NCBI GenBank assembly: GCA_051294375.1
Contig: CM119264.1
Coordinates: 27,382,430 to 27,446,429, forward strand
From: Paraspadella gotoi
Lineage: Eukaryota > Animalia > Chaetognatha
Length of the DNA stretch: 64,000 bases
Direction of reading: 5' to 3'
How positions within the stretch are numbered: the stretch's first letter is position 1; every line of letters begins with the position of its first letter. Under the pieces are notes generated by a model that was not told the origin of the DNA, made no database searches, and saw nothing but the letters and a program-made list of their open reading frames with translations. The position numbers were made by a program, and so were the translations under genes. Shown one piece after another: positions 1 to 11,600 of the stretch.

Positions 1-3000
1 TTTTCTCGAGTTTTCTCCGCGAAAATCGCGACTTCTCGCTTCATAGTTTCCGGGTCGACGTAGGCGGGGTCCTCGCCCTTGACCGGTGACGCCCTCGTCC
101 ACGTCTCCGACAGACCCGCCACGCGGAGCCGGTGACGCAGTCTCGCCAGCGTCGACTTCCGCAGGAGGAAGAGTACGAGCGCCGTGGAGGCGACGAGGAA
201 GAGGAGCAGGATCAGCGCCAGCAGCGGCGCACATCACGCGCCAGTGGCGCGGCGAAGTGAGGACGATAGATTTAGAGAGACGAGAATCGTGGGTGAAGAC
301 CTGTGAGGGTAAGTTGAATCGGTCAACGCAGGAAACGGATACATGAATCTAATTGGAGTTTTTCTTGACCAATCAGAGAAGAGGCTTCTCTTCAGGAAAT
401 CATGGTCGAGACATGAAGAGATGAAAAGGCAAAGAAGCTAAGCGAGACAAAATACAATCAGAAACAACTGTACTTTTCCAACATTGCGATGATAGGATTG
501 ATGAAAAAACAGAAAAAGAGGTCACGTCAATTCTGAGTGCCCCTTCGATCTCCAACACCCTTGCCAACCACCTCGCCCTATTTTCTTTAAACCTGAAGCT
601 CAAACTTGGTCCCGTCCTGAAAATCATCCTCGAAAAAAATCCAGGTTCGAACCCCACTGCGGACGCCTCTCTCTCTCGTCGACAAACCCGAGTGGTTTTT
701 CGGGGTAAAAGAGGACGTATCGTTCGGGCGGACGAGCCAAGTGTATTGCTCGACCTATCAGAAGAGAGAGAGAGAGAGAAATGCTATTTTTACTAATATT
801 GGTATTATTACTACCTGTTTGAAGGGATTCGCCAGGATATCGCAAGAGATGTAAAATTTGTCGTTCTCCCACATTTGACGCGATTGTTCATTTTTGCAAA
901 TGATTTTCGGTTTAAACAGGACGTTGAGCGTTTTGACCAGACAAGAGAGAGGGCGCTTCGGTCTGTATGAGTGACAAAAAAAAGGCAATAGGCTTAACGA
1001 ACAAAAGTACATCGTCTGATATATAATATATCGTCGATGATGATGACGATCACAATCATTATCATGTAATGACAACTTTTCTCTAAACCTGTTGAGCCCC
1101 GACAATGCGACGGCGCAGGTAAAGTTGGTTTCGTTCTCCCGATGAGAGACTCTGACTTGATGCTGATTGTAGACCGTCCTGACCGGGCTCGTCGAAAACC
1201 GATTCGGGATCTTTAGTTGTCCCAATTTTCTGTGTAGAGAAATCAAATGAAAATTTGAGGAGAATATAGAAAAAAAAAATTGTATCACGTCAGTTAGTAT
1301 TTGACCAATATTATGACCAATATTCATTATGAGACATTCGGTTGACATTGTATTATTTTCTCTCTTTTCGTTGCAAAGTGAATATTAGGAAATGTTTATT
1401 GAGTGCCAATACAACGATTTTTATTATCAATAGTACATGTTTCGACTCTGCTGGTTCGAGTCTTTATTAGCTTTAGAAAAACATTAACAAAAATGCTCTA
1501 CACATTAAGTTAGAGAGAGAGAGAGAGTGAGTGAGTGAGAGAGATTGAGGGAGAGTTTCCATTCGGTTATATTTAAGCACGTTTTCCTACATCATAAGCC
1601 ATCATCAGTGGTGAAAAGAGAGCGAGAAGATAAAATTTGAAAGAGAGAGACAGAGAGAGGATATAGTCATGGGAAAACTGAATATATGACGAATATAAAA
1701 ATGACTAATAAGAGTTGTAACGTTAAGGCGACAAAATATATGTCACTTGCGTATCTTTAATCTCGACGTAATCTGAAAAAGAACTTCCCCACGCCCACAA
1801 TCTTTTAGTTAGAACAACGGACACAACATAAACAACCTCAAGTATGCCCAAAAAAAGCAAGTTCTTACTCCGGATACAAGTCTTTGGTCCAGTAAAGATC
1901 GGGCAGCATCGATCCCGCAGCCTCGACGCTGCAGGTCAGCAGCAGCTTCTCTCCTTCGCGGAGATAATCAAGTTTTTGCGGCGAACATTTTGGCGCCGCG
2001 ATCACGTTAAGAGTCACGTTGATCTTTTTGCCCTGGAAATCGGGGGGGGGGGGTAACGGCGAGGATCGACGGAGAAAATAGTAAAAAACTTTAATTAAAT
2101 TATAAATATTGTCATCTTGATTTCTGTTTTAGTTGGAATTCTAACAGATATTTGGGTCAACTTTTTATAGGGCGAAATATACTACCATTTTTTACTGTTG
2201 ACTTATCTCTTTTATAATTGAATTGATTAACTCAGAAAAGGGAAATTCGAACGGCTTCGCTCCTTAACATATTCTCAATATATTTGAGTAAGCACTCAGC
2301 GTAAATTTTAAAATTACATACTTTGTAAGAATCTACTCTATAATTGTATACGAGTTACCTGTGGGTTTTGGCAAGTGTAAATAGCGGCGTCTCTCAACTC
2401 CGCGTCGAACACTTTGAGCAAATACTCGTTGCTCCTTTGTTTCTTGGACGTCTCGACAGCAGCGCCGAATTTCGTCGGCGGCGACGGGAGAATACGAACG
2501 CCGTATTTTGACTTCATAGAAAAAAGGCCAACGTATCGATCCTCGAAACGAATGAAGGCAAATGGGATTTAACTTTAAGGCGTGGTTCGTTATGATGTTA
2601 TATTTATTAGATAAACATTTTTATTTTAAAAAATTAGATTAAAATAGGACAAAACAAAAGTCAACCATCTCTCACCCTCATGAAAAGAATCCCCGCGTTT
2701 TCCTTCATCCAGGCGACGGCGTCGCTCAACGGACAAACGATGACCACAGTCTGACCCACAGTCACCACAACCGACGTCGCCGCCGACGCCGCCTCGCTTT
2801 TACCGGCGTCCTCGCGTCTCTCTTCGGCGTCGCGCCATACGACCTCATGACGCCAAGGGGCGTCGCGCCGGTGTCCGGCGCCGGAAAGGTTATCACGGCG
2901 CCGATTAAAAGCGTCGGCGCCGGTAACAGTTGACGCCGTAGATTTTGTCAAATCGTTTTTACGTCGATCGATTTGTTTCGAGTAAAAATCGGCGCCAACC

Positions 3001-3764
3001 GATTCTATTTGTGGCGTAAATTCGTGACGGAGATTCTCGTTGGCGTAAGACGTCGGCGTGGAGATGAGGAGAATGAAGAAGAGGAAATGGAGAGGGAAGG
3101 AAAGAGAAGTTGAGGAGAGAGAAAAAGGGGAGGAACGTTTGTGTGGGGAAGAGAGAGGAGAGAAAGGTAATGAGAAGGAAATAGAAAGGCATTGGAATAG
3201 AGAGATGCATCTTGAAAAAGAGAAGTGAATTTGCAAAGAGTTGATCTTGAAATGAGAGCAAATATAGAACAGAGATTGGAGATATTTGATTCTAAAGATA
3301 GAAAGGAGAGAGTGGACCCTCGTAAAAGAGAGGAAAAAATAGGTTTGGAAGAAAGTTAGAAGTAAATTGATTTTAAAAAGAAATACGAGAGAGTTAAGCT
3401 TCGGAAAAGAGAGAAAACAAAATGGTTGTAAAATATATGGGAAAGATTTGAGCCTCGTTCTGGAAAAAAGAGAGTAAAGTCTTAACAGGAAGAGGTGACT
3501 TTCAAGAGTTGAGATTAAAGACTCGGAAAATCTTCGCCTTTTCGTTTGTCTTTTGTTTTCTCCGTTTTGACGCTCGAGTCGCTTTTTCGCATCGTGAGTT
3601 TTCGTTTCAAAACGAGTTTTTGTTTGTTTGTTCATGTCTCGATTTCGGACATTGTCGAGGGTAGATAAAGTTTTTATTGTCCCATTCGCGAAGTGGCGCT
3701 TTGTGTGATTAGTTTGCAGCTGCCCAGTTTGCGCTTCCGAGTGCCACATTGGAAATATTTTCAT
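1..3764 (-). CDS. Immunoglobulin-superfamily cell-surface receptor (3 Ig-like domains + TM), 3'-partial; start codon uncertain
   Basis: GT-AG exons (3764?)-2676, 2511-2359, 2032-1869, 1229-1089, 962-815, 754-593, 300-<1 join in phase. Ig motifs VIVCPLSDAVAW..DAAIYTCQ, LLLTCSVE..LYW..NFTCAV, FYISCDILANP..YTW. TM-like LLALILLLFLVASTALVLFLL-RK lies in the +1 frame of the last exon (apparent frameshift near 225-236). Confidence 0.75.
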
Positions 3765-5439
3765 TAACTAAGCTAAGACGAGATTAAATTTACAGCGCAG
3801 TAGATAGTTATCAGTTAAGCGTTTACTCTTTAATCTTCATATTAATTATACATTCTATTATTATCATTCTTTTTTTCCCCGTCGGAACAAAAGCCGCTTC
3901 GTTCGCTCTGAAGTTGACGGCGTACAGTTATGATCGTTTATTACGATACAAAAAAATACGAATACGACGAGGGATGAAAGGAGCGGGTTTTTTCGATCTT
4001 AGCGATTAGATGCCGATAAGCGAATTCGAAGCGATATTTTACCCGATCGTTCGAGAGAGGAAGAGGGTCACCCTTGTTGAAATCTCGGATTTAATAACTC
4101 GGACGTGGATCATTGGAAGTCTTGGTTCTGGTGTAGGCCTAATTTTGTAAAAAGTATGAGAAAGAAAGTACCAAAAAAAATCTAATTTTGAGTTTGTCAC
4201 AAATGATTTATCACCGAAACAATTCTTTATAACAAGAGAACATGAATTAGTTATAGTCATATAGTATTAATGTTATATATTTAAATAAACTATATGATCA
4301 TATTATAATCGGAAAAAGAAACAAAACGTTGACCTGGAAATGAATTAGATCGCGAGTCCAGATAGGCTTTTGTTTCGGAAACAAAAAAATGATATCGCTA
4401 GTCTATTGTTTTCAAGACAAAAAAAAAAAAAAAACAGACAGATTTTATTTTTATGCAGGAAATAAACACCAAGGGAAAAAATTTTATTCTTGATGATTAA
4501 AAAATAAAAATCCATGGTTAACCGAGGAAGCAAAAATAGTCTCGACAAAAATAATTAGTTAAAAAATCGCGGGATTTAAAAAATAAATAGGAGGAAGGTT
4601 ATCGCTACCGGCGTTGTTTATTTAATCTAATTTCAAATCAAATACAACATCATTATTTATTTGGATTCGGGCGAAACTTGGGAGCTCTTTTTTTTTTAAT
4701 TTTCGACGGATGTAGTTTATTTTAAAAAAAATCAAAATTGTGACCGTTTAGTTTAGAATTTAAAAAGTTAAACGAAGAAGACGACGATGACGCTTGTTAG
4801 AAAAAATAGTCAAAAAACACCGACCGAAATCATTAACAACAAAAGAACAAAAAAAAAAGTCGATTCGCGTTTGTGTCAACAAATGACGTCGAAGGCGACC
4901 AGAAACCAACGACCGATTTTGTTTCCAGTCAAAAATGCGATGATGAAAACATCCAAACATTAATAATTTTTCGCCGATGGATAATTTGCGCCAGAGGATT
5001 TTAAACGTGAAACTTTTTTTCAAGTTTTTTTTTCTATTTTAGTTTCAAAAAACTTTTGAATTTTGGCGCTTCGCAAATTCGAATCTAGGGATTTTGTTTT
5101 TCCGCGCTTTTCTCTCCTTTCGATTTTGTGATCGTCTCTTCATTTGTTTTCAAAATTTGATTTTTTTTCCCTTCTTTTACCCTTTTCACACTTATCATGT
5201 TTTTCGCACTCTTAGCGGCTTTTATCTTCTCTTTACAAGTCTGATTTTAACCAACACTCTCTCTCTCTTTCCTCTTGCCCCCCTCCCATCCTTTCACCAC
5301 CATTTCCTCCCCCCACTCACGGCGTGATAGTGATTAAACCTGTCACGAATCTCATGATCGATCTCATTTTTCAATCCCTTTCAATTTAATCGATCGTTGG
5401 GTCAAAGGCCCCCCCCGGCACTCCCCTCTGCCACATCCA

Positions 5440-5531
<92 letters not shown>

Positions 5532-5688
5532 TTTATGACCATCTCCCTCTCTAAATCTTTCCTAATCCACTGATTGGCCACTGCCCACCATAAGCGTTAC
5601 GATGTCAGGTCTTTCCTCTTTTCTTTTATACTTTTTACCAAAATTTCTCGTCTCAAGCTTTTTCCTGTCATTAGTTTGAAAACGCGCC

Positions 5689-5775
<87 letters not shown>

Positions 5776-7390
5776 CCACTATCCCCCCGCTTTTTACTCT
5801 GTCCCATCAACCTCCCGAGGGTCATTGGGGCCGAAAGTTATGACGAGAAGTGAAGGTCGACAAACTTAGACTCTCTCTCTCTCTCTCTCTTCACTATCTT
5901 TCCTTTTTCCTTTCCAGGACAATTCCAGACACTAACCTCATATCGTCTCCGCTCATGACAAGTTCTGTGTCCTCGTTTTCCTTTTTTAACTTAATTGATA
6001 ATAATAAACAAAAGTGTTATTATTTTTTTTCACTTTATGAATTTTGAGAAAAAACACAATTCGCTGACTACGAAAAAAAAATCCATTCAAGATGTTTTTA
6101 AAACGTCAAAAAGTTAAATAAATCCGTAAATGATTTGGTCATTTATATAAAATCAACTTGTTACGTATTTGACACTAATTTTCCGACTAAAAGTTTAAAA
6201 AAATTTCAATTGAGTCGATGAATACGCGTTTTTTTTTCGACTTTGATTCACCAGCTTCGATCGCGAAATTTGACTTTTCGATCAACCATTTCATTTGAAA
6301 ATTTAAATCCAGTGGCCGACTTTTTTTAGTGGACGTCGGGGATTAATTTCAATTTTAATTACAACAATTTTTTCAAAGTAAATCATATTTTAGTATTTTA
6401 AAAAAACTTCTCTTTAAATTTTATTCTTCTTTTAATGAAAACAGGAATGCGAATTCAATTTTTACAGATATTAAAGTGAAAAGAGAATCGTTAATGCGAT
6501 TCGAAACGAAATGAAAACCCATGGGATTGGCGGTGGGCCAAACAAATTCGAGGCTTCGAATCCCCGTGACTTGATTGGCTCATAAATCCTTAGATTCCAA
6601 AACCTCGTCCAATCAAAGGTCGAATTCAAGAAGAACGACGTCGTGAAGATGAAACGCCTCCGATTTTTAATTGGACGAAAAATTCCGGGAGAAAAAAATT
6701 GGGTATGGATTTCGTTGAAGATCGTGATTGGACCTTGGGGTGGTTGATCTATAGTTCTCTGGACCAATAGGAATCGATAATAATTGGAATTGAAGAATAT
6801 CGACCAATCCGAACTCGCACCCCGGACACCATGATTTTCAGTTTACGTTCATTGAAAGATGCTAGAAATCAGGATGAGGCCGACGTGCCACTTGACTTTG
6901 GGGGAGAGGCCAAGGATTGGAGAGGATAAGCAAAAAAGGGCGGGTGGCGGGGAGAAGAGGAATCGCACACATTTTTTTTCGCGCGCTTTTTTCGAGTATA
7001 ATCATCGATATATTCCCGAAAAGCGCTTATTCATTACGAGTTAAGAATATTCGAATTAACTTTTCCTTTACGCTTTGGCGTCTGATAAAAACTTAAATTT
7101 AAAAAGGTTTAAGAGAATGGTTTTCATTGAAGGATTTTGTTGTTGAAAAAATTGGCAGAGATTTCCCAGAATTTTGACCCTTGGCCAAGATCGAATAAAC
7201 ATCCTAGAAATGCCATCGTTGCCGACATCACAACATCACAACATCACAACATCACAACATCACATCATTATCAAACGTCGAGGGAGAGAGAGGAATTTCC
7301 TCAAAACAAGAAGCGGGAAGAGGGTTCTCTTTAGTCTTTATGAGTTTTTGAGATCATCGCTAAAAGACGGAGAGGGAACAAACACTTTCA

Positions 7391-7430
<40 letters not shown>

Positions 7431-7650
7431 TTTTAGGCCTTTAAAATTTGTTGACTAAGGAATGAATACATTAATTGAAATTCATGAACCTGTTCTACAT
7501 AGTACCATTGACTAGCGAATAAATTCACTCGTTCAGCTTCTTTTAAAACTCTGAATTTAAAATAATGATTATTATTCATAAACTTCGATCGATGAGGTAA
7601 TTTCGTCAGAACACGGTAAATTTAGTATGTTTCATGTTCATTGTTCATGT

Positions 7651-7710
<60 letters not shown>

Positions 7711-7869
7711 TTATTCGACATAAACTCTCTCTGTTTTCTCTCGAATCCGAAATGAAGTGAAATTTGGCGGAAAATCTGAAGAGAAAGGAAAAATGTTTTG
7801 ACGTCGCTTTTCCTTTCCCGCAAGAGGGAGGCACACAATCAACGTTTCTTAAGATTTCATTTCGATAGC

Positions 7870-8150
7870 ACCTATGCGTGTAATTTAAACGCATCACAGG
7901 ATATGCACTGTTATTACTCCATTTCATGTACTTTTGTGGCTCATTGCTTGTACTTTTGAGCAATCAAAGTGTGTAATTGTATGGAGTCACTGCGCGCACT
8001 TTTATGGCATCACTTTTATTAATTTTACGGATTCACTGCGTGTATTTTTCTGGAATAATTGCATGCACTTTTATTGCATCGTTGCGTGTATTTTATTGAG
8101 ACCGTGCGTGAATTTTTATGGAATAACTAAGCACTTTTCCAGGGTACCAC
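7870..8150. repeat. Degenerate ~26-bp minisatellite
   Basis: Recurring unit like cactgcgtgtatttttatggaat, about ten degenerate copies. Confidence 0.55.
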
Positions 8151-8659
8151 TCTACGCCTCTCTTTAGCACGAAACCTATCGCTTAATTAAAAATTTTTAA
8201 TGTGAGGGAAAAAGTAGATTAGTTTTGCTTTGTAGTTTTTCTGGTTTCTTCATTTTCGTTATATTTTTTAGTTTCACTTCTTCAGTCTTTCGAAGCTTTT
8301 GAGAACGCAGGTCGGTGGTTCGATGTAACTAAAAAGATAACAAAACAAAAAAAATTATGACAAATTTGCAGCAAAGTGATTTTCAAATAAGTTGCTTGGT
8401 CGTGAGTCAAGGCTAAGTTAAAGATATCAGAGATGAAACACGTAATAAGGCCGCTGACAGGCTTTTTTCTTGTCTGTAAATCAACAATTGAGAAACCATA
8501 ATAATAATATTCGTTCTTTGTTTCCTTACCTGCATGAATAAAAGAAATGCGTTCACATTGTAAGAAGCTTAAAGTTAAAATTAATTAAACTAAAAGATGT
8601 ATTTTTTTTCTTCTGGACCCGGGAGCGAGCGGAGTTCGTTCGTCAAGTATCCCGTCAAA

Positions 8660-11600
8660 ATGAAGTGGGCGTTGGCGATTGTCGCAACGTCATTGGCTAC
8701 GATTTTGGCCAATGAAAAACCCGGAAAAAAATGCCACGCATGTGAATTACCTTTGCCTTAAAGAGTTTTCACAGTTATGACACGTTAATACAGCTGATTC
8801 CGTGTCGGTTTAAGCGTCATTGGTTACTGGTTATTGGTTACTGGTTACTGATCCAAAACCATATTTTTTGGAAGTTGAAATGATTTTTAAACTGTACTAA
8901 TTAGCTGAAATAAACATTTAGAAAAAGTATATTTTTACATTTACGAGAACAAAAAGTTTGGGTAATGTTAAATTTGCTTATACACTTTTGTTACTTAATT
9001 TACATAATGTTTACGGCAAAGGTAATTTATAATCAGCTTCCCAATGCGACAAGTTCAAGAGTTGCTGCCGTAAAGAAGGTAAGAGCACTAACTTATAGTT
9101 AATTAGTTAATAGTAATCAGACTCAGTAGTTAAGAATACATCATGGAGCAACGAATATATGTAATCGGGCATTGTAATAAGTTCACCCCGCCTATCACCC
9201 CATCACCCCAATCACCCCGCGTGTCCCCTTGTCGTGACCCAGTTGCTCATTGAGTAATATTGGGATTAATACCCATTGGTACCTCCCCAGGAGGATGGTC
9301 GCAAACAACTTCAGGGTCGTGGAAAACCCTCGAGCGTGGTTCTAAACCCAGGAACCGTTCCATGGTTGTTAGAGCGGTTAAGGAAGTTTTGGATAGCAGT
9401 CTTCAGTCCACTTAGTGCCTTATCCACATATATTCTAATACTTAGATAATAGAAAATTGTTTATTATTTTAGCCGAAAAAGAGGGCGAAACTCCTCAAGG
9501 TTTTTGCATACATGATTGTGAACAATGCAAAAGTAACCTCACTGCGAAAGGCATAAAAAAAATCAGGTAACTAAAATATCAATGATGACAACCAAAAGCA
9601 CAACACAACATGAACACAGAAAATATTTATTAAATTTGAAAAAGAACTGTGAATAAATAGATATCTTAAGCTATCCATCAATCTGTTTTTCAAACAAAAA
9701 ATTTTTCGTCTTCTGGTAGAATTATTAAGAAATGTTTGCTGTTAAGAGAACCGCAATTGATTAAAATACAGGGAGGTCCAGCCTTCTTGGGACAAGCTTA
9801 AAAAAATCGTTTGGACGGGTAAATAAAAAAATATTCGAATTGTCTTATCGGCCCTGTCCGGTCAATCTAAGGTCATTGCCAAAGCTAGGGCAAAGTGACC
9901 GTGGGGATTGACCGGCGCGAAGGAAAAGGAGAGATGGAGACCGATCGTAAGTCGCTTCAGAATAAAAATTGGTACACTTGTAAAAAATTGTAATGACAAC
10001 CCAATCAATTCAAAAGATTTACCTTCGGCAACCATGACCTTCTCCAAGTGTTCAGAGAAGACAGCATATGCTCTTGTGACCGCGCCCGTTTGGAATGCTA
10101 TCATGTCTGTCACTATTGTTGTTGTCAGAAACTTTACAGTTCTAGAGAGGATTCATGGGACATTCTGCTTCTCTATCCTACATTTTTATTAATCAGGGGA
10201 TTGCAGTCTGAAAAACTGAGTGGCCAAAAGTCAGGAGTCTCTATCTTTCATTTAGCTTTTCAGTAAAATTTTTTAAAATTTTGTAAAGAAAAGAATTTTG
10301 AAAGAATTTTGACATGTGTTGCAAAAAGCTTTAATTACAGTAGTTGCTGTTGGATTTTCCTGACGTTTTGAATATCAATTGAAAGAAAATTTAGCTTAGT
10401 TGTTGAAGAGACATCACATGCACAGGAGATAATAGTTTAGTTTAGTATAAGGCAATTCGAAATATTGGCAAAATAAAATAAAAAAATGCACTTGTAAATC
10501 CCACTACGAATTGCCTTATACTAAACTAAATTTAGCTTAATTTCTAAAAATAGTCACTTTTTCCCTCCATCAGAAACCGTTTTTGTGCTGTAAGCTCGTC
10601 CAATTAGAGCTGGACCTCCCTGTATATATATTTTGTATTAGTGCAGTCATCGGGAAATGCGTTTACGAAAGAAAATCTCTGCGGCCTGACACATTAAATT
10701 GGCCAGTTCTTGTTATTTCATTCTTGACAGTTGCGAGGAGTGGAGCCTTACTTGCAGAGAAAGCCGGGAATGTAGCAGTTTTCGAGATGCCGGCGCGAGA
10801 AAAAACGGGAAAGTAGTCGGTCCTAATTGCTGCTTTGTCGAGACTAAAAAGGGTAAGGGCAATATTAAATTGTTTCAAGCTTTTGTAAAAGTGTTAAAAT
10901 ATATTAATGTAGTTTATGAATTCATTTATATTATAAACTTATTTCCAAAATTGTAGTTTTATATTAATGAAATATTTTTTTAAAAACAAATTTAGTATTT
11001 AGAATAAACTTTACCTTAACTTTAACTTTAATTTCTTTTAGAAAGAGTTGTCTTTAACTTAGAGTGGGCTACTCATATTATTGTTAATATTTTATCTTTG
11101 ACATTGTATTTGTTATCAGATTTAAAATCTTTTTAAGAAACAAAAAAATACTTAAGATTTATAAATCATTGTCGAAGACGATGACGTGATCTTGTACTTC
11201 TTAAAATTGTTCACAGGATATTCCAACGATTTTTGCGTCGATGACTGTGAGAAAGACTGCAACAGTTTGGTAAGTTTGCTCTTTTTGATCGACGTTAATT
11301 TACAGGGCAGTTTTTTTACGTTTTACGTTTTTAAGTTCATTTAATACTACTTTGTTCAATATTTTTTGTTATAATTTTACTACTTCAATTATGTTTATTA
11401 TTAGGAATTATTTATTTACTTATATGTCATCTTATTTAGTTTCTTTGATATGGAGGAAAAAGCCTCCATTAAATGGCAAAATTTAACTGAATAACTTTTT
11501 TGAGTTTTTCTTAGTACTAACTATATATACAGATTTATTTTTTTTGTTTATAACATTTCGTGGCAAAATCTATTGGAAAGTATGTAGAACTTACTTCTGA

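Noticed and set aside
5445-5843. ORFs with (SL)n or (RE)n runs, also at 18-22 kb, 32 kb, 49 kb and 52 kb
   Set aside because: Translations of (CT)n/(GA)n microsatellites.
10574-10589. Candidate microexon cag|AAACCGTTTTTGTGCT|gtaag
   Set aside because: It would break phase between the flanking exons and lies inside the transposon end.
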